NCBI GenBank assembly: GCA_963814585.1
Contig: CAWFDF010000004.1
Location: forward strand, 1-64,000
DNA from: an uncultured delta proteobacterium
Lineage (GTDB): Bacteria; Myxococcota; Myxococcia; Myxococcales; Anaeromyxobacteraceae
DNA length: 64,000 nucleotides
Direction: 5' to 3'
The notes under the pieces were generated by a model. That model saw nothing but the letters and a program-made list of their open reading frames with translations, had not been told where the DNA came from and searched no databases. The position numbers and the translations under genes were made by a program. Positions 34,337-43,070 of the stretch are shown in pieces. Numbering within the stretch: position 1 is the stretch's first letter; the number at the start of each line of letters is the position of its first letter.

Positions 34337-35538
34337 CCCGTCAGCTCAACGTACGCCTGGCCACCCAGCGGCAGACCGTCGCGGGTTGCCGACACGCGCT
34401 GCGACCCCTCCCAGTACACGACGCCGGTGGTCGCGCGCGTGTCCAGCTCCTGCTGCGGCACGGTTGGCGCGAGGGCGATCTCGAGGTTCTCGGCGGGCAG
34501 CGACACCATCCAGCCGGCCGGATACGTGGCCCCGGTTGCAGGGCTGGTCCAACGATCGCTCACCTCGATGGTGAAGTCGCCCGGTCCGAGGTGCCTCGTT
34601 GCACCCGCCTTGTCCACGAGCGTCCCATAGACGAGCGGGTAGGTGCCGTCGGCAGCGCGCACCAGCGACAGGGTCAGGTCCGTGCCGTCCTCCAGGTTGA
34701 TCGCGAACCAGTCCCAGCCACCACCGCCGACGGAGATGAAGTCGCCCCACTGGTGGTCGAACCACGCGTCGCCCGTCACCTCCAGGACACTGCCGCCCAA
34801 GGTGACGGTGCCGGCAGCGTCCATTGCCGTGCGCGAGTAGTAGTACGACCCTCCAGCGGGCCCGAAGTCCACGTACCCGTCCATGTCGTGCATCGCCGGG
34901 GGCTTGGTCGCCGCGAGCCGGAGGTCGATCCCGAAGGCATCCACCGGGTCACCACGCACCTCGGTCCCCGCGGCGGCGGCGGTCAGCGTATCCGCGCCGT
35001 CCGCGCCGGACATCGTCCACGGCGTCCCAAGCGGGGCACCAGGGTTCGTCACGTTGAAGCCGCTCACGGTGAAGTCGAACCCGGCCGGCGGGTCGGCCAT
35101 TGCCGGTGAGCCGCCAGGGATCGGTGAGCCGTCCGGGGTCGAGGTGCCGTCCACCTGCGGTCCGATCTCGGCCCGCTGCGCATAGTGGAACCTGCTGCCC
35201 GTCTCGTCTGTGAGCGCCAGGTGCGATGCCCACGACACGGGGAACGCTCCACGCTCGCCACGGAACACCACGTACTCGAACCCGAAGCGGTGCCCGTCAG
35301 CCGCCCGGAGGTGGCCGGTGTAGTACCACCACTCGGTCAGCCGGTCGTGCGGCGCGTCGTCCCGGGGGAGGATCACGGGCTGCGGGTCAGCGGGCCGGGC
35401 CGTGGGCTCCGGGCCGGGGGTCAGCGCCGGCCGGGCCGCGGGCGGGTTGGCGAACACCGGTCCGCCACAGGCGCCCAGGGCCAGCGACACCAGGATGAGC
35501 AGCGCAAGGGCGAAGCCGCCGCGGCCACCGGTCGTCAT
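34318..35538 (-). CDS. AttH/CrtC-like lipocalin-domain lipoprotein
   Basis: Lipobox ALGAC; EWWYYTGHL, SYYYSR, AWFDHQWG, GWDWF, YPAGW, YWEG, YVELTGY. Confidence 0.85.
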   Translation of the reverse strand: MTTGGRGGFALALLILVSLALGACGGPVFANPPAARPALTPGPEPTARPADPQPVILPRDDAPHDRLTEWWYYTGHLRAADGHRFGFEYVVFRGERGAFPVSWASHLALTDETGSRFHYAQRAEIGPQVDGTSTPDGSPIPGGSPAMADPPAGFDFTVSGFNVTNPGAPLGTPWTMSGADGADTLTAAAAGTEVRGDPVDAFGIDLRLAATKPPAMHDMDGYVDFGPAGGSYYYSRTAMDAAGTVTLGGSVLEVTGDAWFDHQWGDFISVGGGGWDWFAINLEDGTDLTLSLVRAADGTYPLVYGTLVDKAGATRHLGPGDFTIEVSDRWTSPATGATYPAGWMVSLPAENLEIALAPTVPQQELDTRATTGVVYWEGSQRVSATRDGLPLGGQAYVELTGYGAGG

Positions 35539-37802
35539 CGGACTGCCGCCTCCACGTCGGCCTCGGTGCGCGGCAGGACGCCCTGGAGCGCCCGGTCAAG
35601 GCGGGATGGCACCCACCAGTTCCAGCGTCCCAGCAGCCGCATCGTGGCGGGGACCAGGAGCGCCCTGACAACCGTTGCGTCGAGCGCCACCGCGATCGCG
35701 ACGCCGAGCCCGAGCGCCTTGATCAGGACCATGTCAGCGAACGCGAACGAGCCGGCGACCAGGACGACGATCAGGGCGGCCGACGACACGATGCGCCCGG
35801 ATCGCTCGAGGCCTCGGGCGACGGCCTCGGTGTTGTCGTGGGTACGGTCCCAGACCTCCTTCATTCGCGACAGCAGGAACACCTCGTAGTCCATCGACAA
35901 CCCGAACAGGACGCAGAACAGGATCACGGGCTGCGTCGTCTCCACGAAGCCGAGGGGCTGGAACCCGAGCAGCGCCGAAAGGTTCCCCTGCTGGAAGATC
36001 CAGACCAGGGCGCCGAAGCTGGCGACGATCGAGAGCGTGTTCATCACCAGCGCCTTGATCGGCAGCACCACGGAGCGGAGCAGGACGAACAGGACGATGA
36101 ACGTGCTCACGACGATGAATGCGGCCGTTCGCGGGAAGTCCGCCCACACCCGGCTCACGACGTCGTCGACGTCCGCCGCCCCGCCGCCGACCAGCACCGA
36201 CACGCCGGCGGGCGGAGCCAGCCCGCCTGCAGGGTCACGCATCTCCCGGACCAGTGCGCGCGCCTCGTCATTGTTCGGTCCATACGGGGTGTAGAGCGTG
36301 AAGGCCGTCAGGTTGTCCCGGGTGGTGGCACCGAGCGCCGTGGCCACGTAGCGGTCGGGCGGCCCGGTCGGCGACGCGTAGAGGAGCTGGTACTGCTCCA
36401 GCGTGAGACGTGGGTCGACGTCCACGAGGCTCGATACCCGGCTCACCCGTGGGTCCGCGGCGAGCCGCCGCGAGTACTCGTAGAGGCGTGCGACGTTCTC
36501 AGGTGTCGTGGCGCTGCCCTGCGTGCGAACCGCGACCACGAGGGGTGCGAACTCGCCCTCGCCGAACTCGCGCGCCAGGACGTCGTATGCCTCGCGGGAC
36601 GGAACCGAGGCGGGGAGGATCGTGGCATCCGGAGCATTGAACCGGACGCTCAGGAACGGGATCCCCAGGACAAGCAGCAGCGCGAGGGTCGGGATCAGGA
36701 AGGCGACGGGATGGCGCATCACGCGACGGGCGAGCCTTGCCCACGGCCCATCGGTACCCGGCTCCACGGTCACCTTCCGGATGGAGAACGCGTCGATCCT
36801 CGTGCCGAGGATGGCCAGGATCGCGGGCAGGAGCGTGAGCGCGGCCGCCACGGCGAGACCGACCACCATCGCGCCGGCCATCCCCACCGAGCGCAGGATC
36901 ATGAACTCGAACAGCACGAGGCCCAGCAGCCCCAGGAGGACGGTGAGGCCGGAGAAGAACACCGCCCGTCCGGCCGTGGATACGGTGACGCGCACCGCCT
37001 CCCCCACGCGGTCCGGGCCCTGGCGGCGTGCGAGCTCCTCCCGGAACCGGCTGGTCATGAGCAGCGAGTAGTCCACGCCCAGTCCCAGCCCCAGCAGGGT
37101 CGCCAGGTTGAGGACGAAGATGCTCATCGGCACGAGCGACGCGACGACGAAGATGCCGGCCAGCGCCACCAGCACGGCGGCGCCACCGACGGCCAGCGGG
37201 ACCCCCGCGGCCACGGCGCTGCCGAAGACGAACAGCAGCGCGATCGCGGCAAGCGGCAGCGAGATCAGCTCAGCCCGCCGCAGGTCGGACTCGGTGACCG
37301 CCTGCACGTCCCCGTAGAAGGCCGGTCCGCCGGCAATGCGGACGGTGAGGCCGGGAACATCGCGGAGGGCGGCGGCAACCCCGGGAATGGCGTCCGGCGA
37401 GTCGTCGGGCGGCAGGTCGAGGAACACGATGTCGTACGCGGTCCTGCCGTCCGCGGCGACCTGCCTGGGCGCGAGGACGTGGGACAGCACCCGGGTCACG
37501 TGTGGCGCGCCTGCCACGTCCGTCGTTGCCGCATCGACGGCCGCGAGCCAGGCGGGTGTCCCTGCTGTCAGCGTGTCCGAGGAGTAGACGAGCACGAACG
37601 CGGACGGCTCAACGCCGAGCTGCTCCTGGAGCAGCTGCTTCGCCCGAGCTGACTCGAGGTCGTCAAGGATGAAGCCGCCGGCCGACAGCGCACCGGGTGC
37701 CCTCGGCGCGAGGGGGAGGGCGAGGAGGATGAGGACGGCCCATCCCGCCACGATCCACCAGCGGCGGCGGACGACGAACTGTCCAAGGCGATCGAAGCTC
37801 AT
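35535..37802 (-). CDS. MMPL family (RND) transporter
   Basis: GLGLGVDYSLLMTSRFREEL, TAGRAVFFSGLTV, FGLSMDYEVFLLSRMKE, LDATVVRALLVPATM..LGRWNWW. Confidence 0.93.
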   Translation of the reverse strand: MSFDRLGQFVVRRRWWIVAGWAVLILLALPLAPRAPGALSAGGFILDDLESARAKQLLQEQLGVEPSAFVLVYSSDTLTAGTPAWLAAVDAATTDVAGAPHVTRVLSHVLAPRQVAADGRTAYDIVFLDLPPDDSPDAIPGVAAALRDVPGLTVRIAGGPAFYGDVQAVTESDLRRAELISLPLAAIALLFVFGSAVAAGVPLAVGGAAVLVALAGIFVVASLVPMSIFVLNLATLLGLGLGVDYSLLMTSRFREELARRQGPDRVGEAVRVTVSTAGRAVFFSGLTVLLGLLGLVLFEFMILRSVGMAGAMVVGLAVAAALTLLPAILAILGTRIDAFSIRKVTVEPGTDGPWARLARRVMRHPVAFLIPTLALLLVLGIPFLSVRFNAPDATILPASVPSREAYDVLAREFGEGEFAPLVVAVRTQGSATTPENVARLYEYSRRLAADPRVSRVSSLVDVDPRLTLEQYQLLYASPTGPPDRYVATALGATTRDNLTAFTLYTPYGPNNDEARALVREMRDPAGGLAPPAGVSVLVGGGAADVDDVVSRVWADFPRTAAFIVVSTFIVLFVLLRSVVLPIKALVMNTLSIVASFGALVWIFQQGNLSALLGFQPLGFVETTQPVILFCVLFGLSMDYEVFLLSRMKEVWDRTHDNTEAVARGLERSGRIVSSAALIVVLVAGSFAFADMVLIKALGLGVAIAVALDATVVRALLVPATMRLLGRWNWWVPSRLDRALQGVLPRTEADVEAAVR

Positions 37803-37854
37803 GCATGGTCCGGTTCGGGGTGGGGCGTCCGGCGGATGGCCTGGACGCGACGCC

Positions 37855-37887
37855 CTTGCAGTGCAACTAACGTGCTTGCACCAAGTA
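37855..37887. promoter_or_regulatory. Two inverted-repeat operator boxes upstream of the MMPL gene (MarR-like)
   Basis: TTGCA-G-TGCAA and TGCTTG-CAC-CAAGTA just downstream of a minus-strand TAACAT -10 element. Confidence 0.45.
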
Positions 37888-38006
37888 GCATGTTAGCGCC
37901 GGAACGCGGATCGCGTGTTTCCGCCCCCGGATCGTTCTGCTAGCATCGTCCGGCCGCGGCACGCCGCGGTCGGCGACGCCCATCAATCCGGCCGAGGGAC
38001 GCCCGC

Positions 38007-38342
38007 GTGACGATCTTCACGATCTGGTTCCAGAACTTCCCGAACAACCTCGTGATCTTCCTGGCCGCCCTGACCCTGGCGGGTGGCTTCGTGTTCATCT
38101 TCGCGAAGTCGGCGATGGTGGCCGAGGGCGGACGGCCCGGCTGGACGCGCCGCATGACGGGCCCCAACTCGAAGGTCGCGTTCGGCCTCCTGTTCATCGC
38201 CTGGGCGATCGTGTTCGGCATCGCGCTGCAGCTGGTCCCGCACGAGGGGGCAAGCTCGCCATACGGCGGGATCGGGCTGATCGCGATGTTCAGCGGCTTC
38301 TTCATCATGATGGGCCTGATCTGGAGCGTGGTCGGGGACTAG
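38007..38342 (+). CDS. Small integral membrane protein, unknown function
   Basis: 111 aa, three hydrophobic segments, GC-biased third positions. Confidence 0.7.
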   Translation: MTIFTIWFQNFPNNLVIFLAALTLAGGFVFIFAKSAMVAEGGRPGWTRRMTGPNSKVAFGLLFIAWAIVFGIALQLVPHEGASSPYGGIGLIAMFSGFFIMMGLIWSVVGD

Positions 38343-38383
38343 CTACGTGGGTGGGGACTAGCTCCGCCAGCCTCAGCGCCCCC

Positions 38384-38470
38384 GAAGCCCGGCTCAGGCC
38401 GGGCTTCCCGATTCAGGCCTCGCGCCCGGCCGGAATGGACGAACCCGGCCGGGTGGTTCGGCCGGGTTCG
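38384..38470. terminator. Pair of GC-rich hairpins between convergent genes
   Basis: GAAGCCCGGC-TCAG-GCCGGGCTTC (38384-38407) and CGAACCCGGCCG-N7-CGGCCGGGTTCG (38440-38470). Confidence 0.6.
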
Positions 38471-38523
38471 CGACTACGCGGTGGGTTCGTGATTGCGAGT
38501 GGGCGTTCAGCCCTGCCGCCGGA

Positions 38524-39177
38524 TCAGGGCAGTTGCTCGATGATCGAGGATGCAACCTTCTCGTCCGCAAGCAGGACGAGGAACAGGGTGTCGTCCTTGG
38601 GGTAGGCGAAGAAGCCCATGCCACCCGCAGCCTCGCCGTACACGGTCTTGCCGCCAAGCGTGGTCTTGGGCATGGAGCTCAGGTCCGCGTTCATGCTGGC
38701 GCCGAACTCGGTCGCCGGGACGCCCTCGATCTGGATCGCCATGACCATGGCCGTGGCGCCCGTCGAGGTTGGCGATGCGATCGCGAAGTTGACGTCGCTG
38801 AGCGTCTTGCCCTTGGCCTTGAGGATCGGGTCGAGCTCGGAGCCGTTGAGGCCCGCGGCAGCTCCGAACATGCCCAGCTGGCTGCCGTCGTATCCGCCAC
38901 GCTCGAACGTCACGCCGCCGGCCTGCTCCGGGAGCTTGTCTGCCAGGTCGTTGAGCGCGCCGATCGCGCCACCCGCCTCCGTTGCTGCCGGCTCCTCGCT
39001 GGCCTCGGGGGCTTCGGTCGCTTCGGGTTCCTCGGTAGCCATTGGTTGTTCCGTCGGAGCCTCGACGACGGCGCCCGCGCTGGCGGGTGCCTTGGTTGCA
39101 GTGGAGGCCCCGCCGCATGCGGCGAGCGCCAGGGTGATGCCGATGGCGCCTGCAAGGAGGCGCGCGTCGATCGTCAT
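38524..39177 (-). CDS. Lipoprotein of unknown function
   Basis: Lipobox LALAAC, Ala/Pro/Glu linker, small globular domain. Confidence 0.8.
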   Translation of the reverse strand: MTIDARLLAGAIGITLALAACGGASTATKAPASAGAVVEAPTEQPMATEEPEATEAPEASEEPAATEAGGAIGALNDLADKLPEQAGGVTFERGGYDGSQLGMFGAAAGLNGSELDPILKAKGKTLSDVNFAIASPTSTGATAMVMAIQIEGVPATEFGASMNADLSSMPKTTLGGKTVYGEAAGGMGFFAYPKDDTLFLVLLADEKVASSIIEQLP

Positions 39178-39405
39178 TGGATGGATCCTTTCGCCGGAGA
39201 CGCGTCTCGGGCGCCTCGGACCCCGGGCTCCGAGGCTGCGGGCGCACTGTACGAAGCCATGCCCGGCCGGTCAACCCGCCGACATGCCCGTGGACGCCTC
39301 AGCGGGCCTCCGCTATGATCGCGCTCCATTCAGGATGCATAGGATTTATGCGTTCGACCGGTGGCGGGACGCCCGTCACACGGCACGCAGCGGGAGGTTC
39401 GGCAG

Positions 39406-40890
39406 GTGGTGGAGCAGGCGCAGGGTTCGGCCCCCGTCACAGCGGTTGAGGCCGCCCCCTTCGTGAACCAGCGCGATCCCGCCCGCCGTCTCGGCCCGGA
39501 TGGGAAGCCTGCGGTCAGCCGCCGCGCCCCGCTGTGGATGGACGTTCCCGACGAGAAGTGGAACGACTGGAAGTGGCAGCTCTCGAACCGCGTCAACGAT
39601 CTCGCTGACTTCGAGCAGATCCTCGAGCTCACCGACGAGGAGCGCGAGGGCCTGTCCGCGCCCGACAAGTTCCGGGTCGACGTGACGCCGTACTTCGCCA
39701 GCCTCATGGATCCGGGGGACCCGAACGATCCGATCCGCCGCCAGATCGTCCCGCTGGGACGCGAGCTGCGGTCCTTCACCGGGATGATGGAGGACAGCCT
39801 CGCCGAGGACCGGCACAGTCCCGTCCCGGGCCTGGTTCATCGCTACCCGGATCGCGTGCTGATGCTGATCACCACGCAGTGCGCGGTCTACTGCCGGTAC
39901 TGCACGCGCAGCCGGATCGTGGGCGATGCGTCCCAGAACTTCAATCGCAAGGAGCACGAGGCCCAGCTCGAGTACATCCGGAACAATCCGCAGATCCGCG
40001 ACGTGCTGATCTCGGGTGGAGACGGACTCACGCTGGCGCCCAAGCTGCTCGAAGCGGCGCTCCGCGGCCTGCGCGAGATCCCGCACGTGGAGATCGTGCG
40101 CATCGGCTCCCGGGTGCCGGTGTTCATGCCGCAGCGCATCGACGACGAGCTGTGCGAGATGCTCGCGAAGTACCACCCGCTGTGGCTGAACATCCACGTC
40201 AACCACCCCAACGAGATCACCCCGGAGCTCGCCCGAGCCTGCGACAAGCTGTCGCGCGCCGGGATCCCGCTGGGCAACCAGTCCGTCCTCCTGGCCGGCG
40301 TCAACGACTGCGTCCACACGCAGCGCGAGCTTGTCCAGCGCCTGGTCGAGATCCGGGTCCGCCCGTACTACCTGTACCAGTGCGACCTGGTCGAGGGTGC
40401 GGGCCACTTCCGGACGCCGGTCGGCAAGGGCCTGGAGATCATCGAGGGTCTCCGCGGCCACACCTCCGGGTACGCGGTCCCGCAGTTCATCGTGGACGCG
40501 CCAGGTGGCGGCGGGAAGATCCCGGTCATGCCGAACTACCTGGTGTCGTACTCCGACCACAAGGTGATCCTCCGCAACTACGAGGGGTACATCACCACGT
40601 ACGAGGAGCCTGCCGAGTACACCCCGCACGACAGCACGACCTGCCAGTACTGCCTGAACCCGCGTCCGGAGCCGGGCCAGGAGGGCATCACGGGCCTCCT
40701 TGACGGCAAGCGGATGTGGATCGAACCGGCCGGCTTCCAGCAGGTGCACGAGCGCGGCAATGTCGAAGCGCACCGGCTGAGCGATCCGTCCAAGTGGGTG
40801 CCGTTCGGCGTCGGGGCAATCGAGGGCACCTCGACCCAGGGCGAGCGCGCCCTGCCGGTGCTCGAAGCCGGCTCACTCGAAGCTGAGTAA
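39406..40890 (+). CDS. kamA: Lysine 2,3-aminomutase (KamA family radical SAM, PLP)
   Basis: WNDWKWQ, HRYPDRVL, CAVYCRYC, ISGGD, RIGSR, NQSVLL.GVND, PYYLYQCD, GHTSG, APGGGGKIP; GGAGG RBS. Confidence 0.9.
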   Translation: MVEQAQGSAPVTAVEAAPFVNQRDPARRLGPDGKPAVSRRAPLWMDVPDEKWNDWKWQLSNRVNDLADFEQILELTDEEREGLSAPDKFRVDVTPYFASLMDPGDPNDPIRRQIVPLGRELRSFTGMMEDSLAEDRHSPVPGLVHRYPDRVLMLITTQCAVYCRYCTRSRIVGDASQNFNRKEHEAQLEYIRNNPQIRDVLISGGDGLTLAPKLLEAALRGLREIPHVEIVRIGSRVPVFMPQRIDDELCEMLAKYHPLWLNIHVNHPNEITPELARACDKLSRAGIPLGNQSVLLAGVNDCVHTQRELVQRLVEIRVRPYYLYQCDLVEGAGHFRTPVGKGLEIIEGLRGHTSGYAVPQFIVDAPGGGGKIPVMPNYLVSYSDHKVILRNYEGYITTYEEPAEYTPHDSTTCQYCLNPRPEPGQEGITGLLDGKRMWIEPAGFQQVHERGNVEAHRLSDPSKWVPFGVGAIEGTSTQGERALPVLEAGSLEAE

Positions 40891-40923
40891 GGCCGACCCG
40901 CCCAACGGGGTTCCCGGCCGGCC

Positions 40924-41172
40924 ATGAGCACGCCGAAGAAGAAGCAGCCGCTCGGCCAGTCGATTGGCGGGGTGCTGTTCGGTTTCGAGCAGCAGATCTT
41001 CCGCAACCAGCCCCCGCCCCACGAGCTGGTGCACCAGGCTCGGCCGGACAACCCGGTGCCCGCTGGTGACGGCTCGTTGATCACCATCCAGCTGCCGGAC
41101 GACGGCACCGCGGATGGTGGTGCCCCGGACCCCGTTGCGGGCGACGAGCCCGGGCCGCCCGGCGAGGACTGA
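40924..41172 (+). CDS. Small hypothetical protein
   Basis: 82 aa, follows kamA on the same strand, plausible codon use. Confidence 0.55.
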   Translation: MSTPKKKQPLGQSIGGVLFGFEQQIFRNQPPPHELVHQARPDNPVPAGDGSLITIQLPDDGTADGGAPDPVAGDEPGPPGED

Positions 41173-41196
41173 GCGCGGCGTGCGGCGAGCCGGACG

Positions 41197-41865
41197 CTAG
41201 CTCCCGTCGCCCACGCGGATCCCGAGGTGGTTCGCGAGCAGCGGTCCCAGGTCCATGAGCTGGGCTGGCGAGATGGTCGCGCCCCGGAGGCCGGCGATCC
41301 CGCGGATCGTGCGCAGGGTGGTCCCGGTGAGGTCCACGTCCATGAGCTGTGCACCTTCCACGTCCAGCACCCCGATCCGGCAACCCGCGAATGTGACGTT
41401 CCTGAGGCGCGCGTCACCCAGGTCCAGCTCCTCGATCACGCAGTCCTCGAAGGCGACGTCGTCGACACGCCCACCGGCCAGGGCGAGGAAGTCCAGCTTG
41501 CTCCCCCGCACGCGGACCGACGACCAGGTGGCGCGAACGGCGGTGAGGGCTCCAATCCGCACGTCGGAGACGATGCTGTCCCGCCACGTGGAGTCCGAGG
41601 CGTCGAGGCCGGTGGCGCCGATCTCCGTGAGCAGGCACTCCGAGATCCGGCCTTTGACCAGCGTCACGTCGTCCATGCGGCAGCGCTCGAACCTGCAGGC
41701 GAGGAAGGACGAGCTCGACACGTCGGAGCCGGCGAGGTCCCGGTCCAGCAGGTGGAGCGCCTCGTACTCCTCGCGCGGCTCCAGCGTGACGCCCTCGGAG
41801 CCGGCCAGCTCCGGCAGCTGGATCGCGTGCGGAGGTCCTGGTCGCCGCTTTGCCGTCCGCGTCAT
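41197..41865 (-). CDS. Pentapeptide repeat protein
   Basis: Repeats such as CRFER, ARLRN-VTFAG, AQLMD-VDLTG, LRGATIS; GGAGG before ATG 41865. Confidence 0.85.
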   Translation of the reverse strand: MTRTAKRRPGPPHAIQLPELAGSEGVTLEPREEYEALHLLDRDLAGSDVSSSSFLACRFERCRMDDVTLVKGRISECLLTEIGATGLDASDSTWRDSIVSDVRIGALTAVRATWSSVRVRGSKLDFLALAGGRVDDVAFEDCVIEELDLGDARLRNVTFAGCRIGVLDVEGAQLMDVDLTGTTLRTIRGIAGLRGATISPAQLMDLGPLLANHLGIRVGDGS

Positions 41866-41950
41866 CGTCCCTCCGCCGCCGTGGGCCGGCCGGCGCCGTC
41901 CCTCGCTCTGAATCGTAGTCGAGACCGGGTGGCGTGCTAGCCTCCCGCCG

Positions 41951-42394
41951 ATGGCCGCACAGCACGCCGGCGCCGGTGGACGCCCCACTCCCGACGGCAT
42001 GCCCGACACGTTCCCGGCTCCGCCCGTGATCGCCGAGACCGGCGATCCGTTCGGGGCGCTGCGCATTGTGGACGCCGTTGCGCGCATGGAGCGCGGTCGC
42101 CCCGTCCGGGTTGACGACCTTGTCGACCGGCTCAACGCCACCTATCTCGACTGGCTGTTCACCCGCGCCGTCGTTGTCGACGTGCTCGTCACGCTCCAGG
42201 CCAACTGGATGGCCGACTACCGGAACTCGTCCGGGATCGTGCTGGAGGACGGCGAGCGCGGCCCGGAGGTCACGCTCGAGGACTCCTCACGCGTCGACCC
42301 GTGGATCGCCGGGCAGGCACAGCGTGCGGCCGCCGCCTGCCGCCACGCGCTCGACGAGTTCGCCCGCCGCGACCGCCCGAACGGCGGCGGCTGA
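41951..42394 (+). CDS. Hypothetical protein (probably leaderless)
   Basis: Ordered-looking core LRIVDAVARM...LNATYLDWLF...LQANWMADYR; TG-n-TAGCCT 7 nt before ATG. Confidence 0.7.
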   Translation: MAAQHAGAGGRPTPDGMPDTFPAPPVIAETGDPFGALRIVDAVARMERGRPVRVDDLVDRLNATYLDWLFTRAVVVDVLVTLQANWMADYRNSSGIVLEDGERGPEVTLEDSSRVDPWIAGQAQRAAAACRHALDEFARRDRPNGGG

Positions 42395-42400
42395 GCCGAC

Positions 42401-43045
42401 ATGGCGGGCCGCGCCGCGGAGCCCGAGGTCGCGCTGTACGCGCCGGTCAAGGCGCTCCTCGAGGCGCAGGGCTACGAGGTCAAGGGCGAGATCACCGGCT
42501 GCGATCTCGTCGGCGTGCGCGGCGACGAGCCGCCCGTGATCGTGGAGCTCAAGCGGACGTTCGGGCTGGGCCTCATCTACCAGGCGATCGACCGGCTCGC
42601 CATGACCGACGCGGTGTACGTGGCGGTGGGAGCCTGGCCCGCGCGGGAGGCGGAGGCCCGGCGCCTGTGCCGCCGCCTCGGCCTGGGTCTCATCGTGGTA
42701 ACAGGGCAGCATGCTGACGTGATAGTGGACCCGCTGCCGTACCAGCCGCGGCGGGACCGGAAGCGGACGACCCGGCTATTGGGCGAGCACCGGCGGCGGG
42801 TTGGCGACCCCACCACCGGCGGGTCCACCCGACAGCCGATCATGACCGCCTACCGCCAGGCGTCGATCCGGATCGCCCGGGTGCTGGCGGACGCCGGTCC
42901 GTCACGGGTCCGCGACGTGCGGACCGCCGCGGAGGCGCCCAACGCCGGCCCCATCCTGCGCGACGACGTCTACGGCTGGTTCGAGCGTGTTGATCGCGGC
43001 GTCTACCAGCTCACCCCGAAGGGCCGGGCTGCGCTGGAGGAGTGA
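42401..43045 (+). CDS. DUF2161 family putative PD-(D/E)XK protein
   Basis: LYAPVKALLEAQGYEVKGEI..CDLV..VIVELK, LCRRLGLGL, MTAYRQ, YGWFERVDRGVYQLT. Confidence 0.85.
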   Translation: MAGRAAEPEVALYAPVKALLEAQGYEVKGEITGCDLVGVRGDEPPVIVELKRTFGLGLIYQAIDRLAMTDAVYVAVGAWPAREAEARRLCRRLGLGLIVVTGQHADVIVDPLPYQPRRDRKRTTRLLGEHRRRVGDPTTGGSTRQPIMTAYRQASIRIARVLADAGPSRVRDVRTAAEAPNAGPILRDDVYGWFERVDRGVYQLTPKGRAALEE

Positions 43046-43070
43046 GGCGGGAGGCGCTGGGCGGGTGGCT

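Noticed and set aside
42401..43045. DUF2161 plus upstream hypothetical gene as a defence system
   Set aside because: No accompanying defence genes, mobile elements or compositional shift; nothing beyond the putative nuclease fold.
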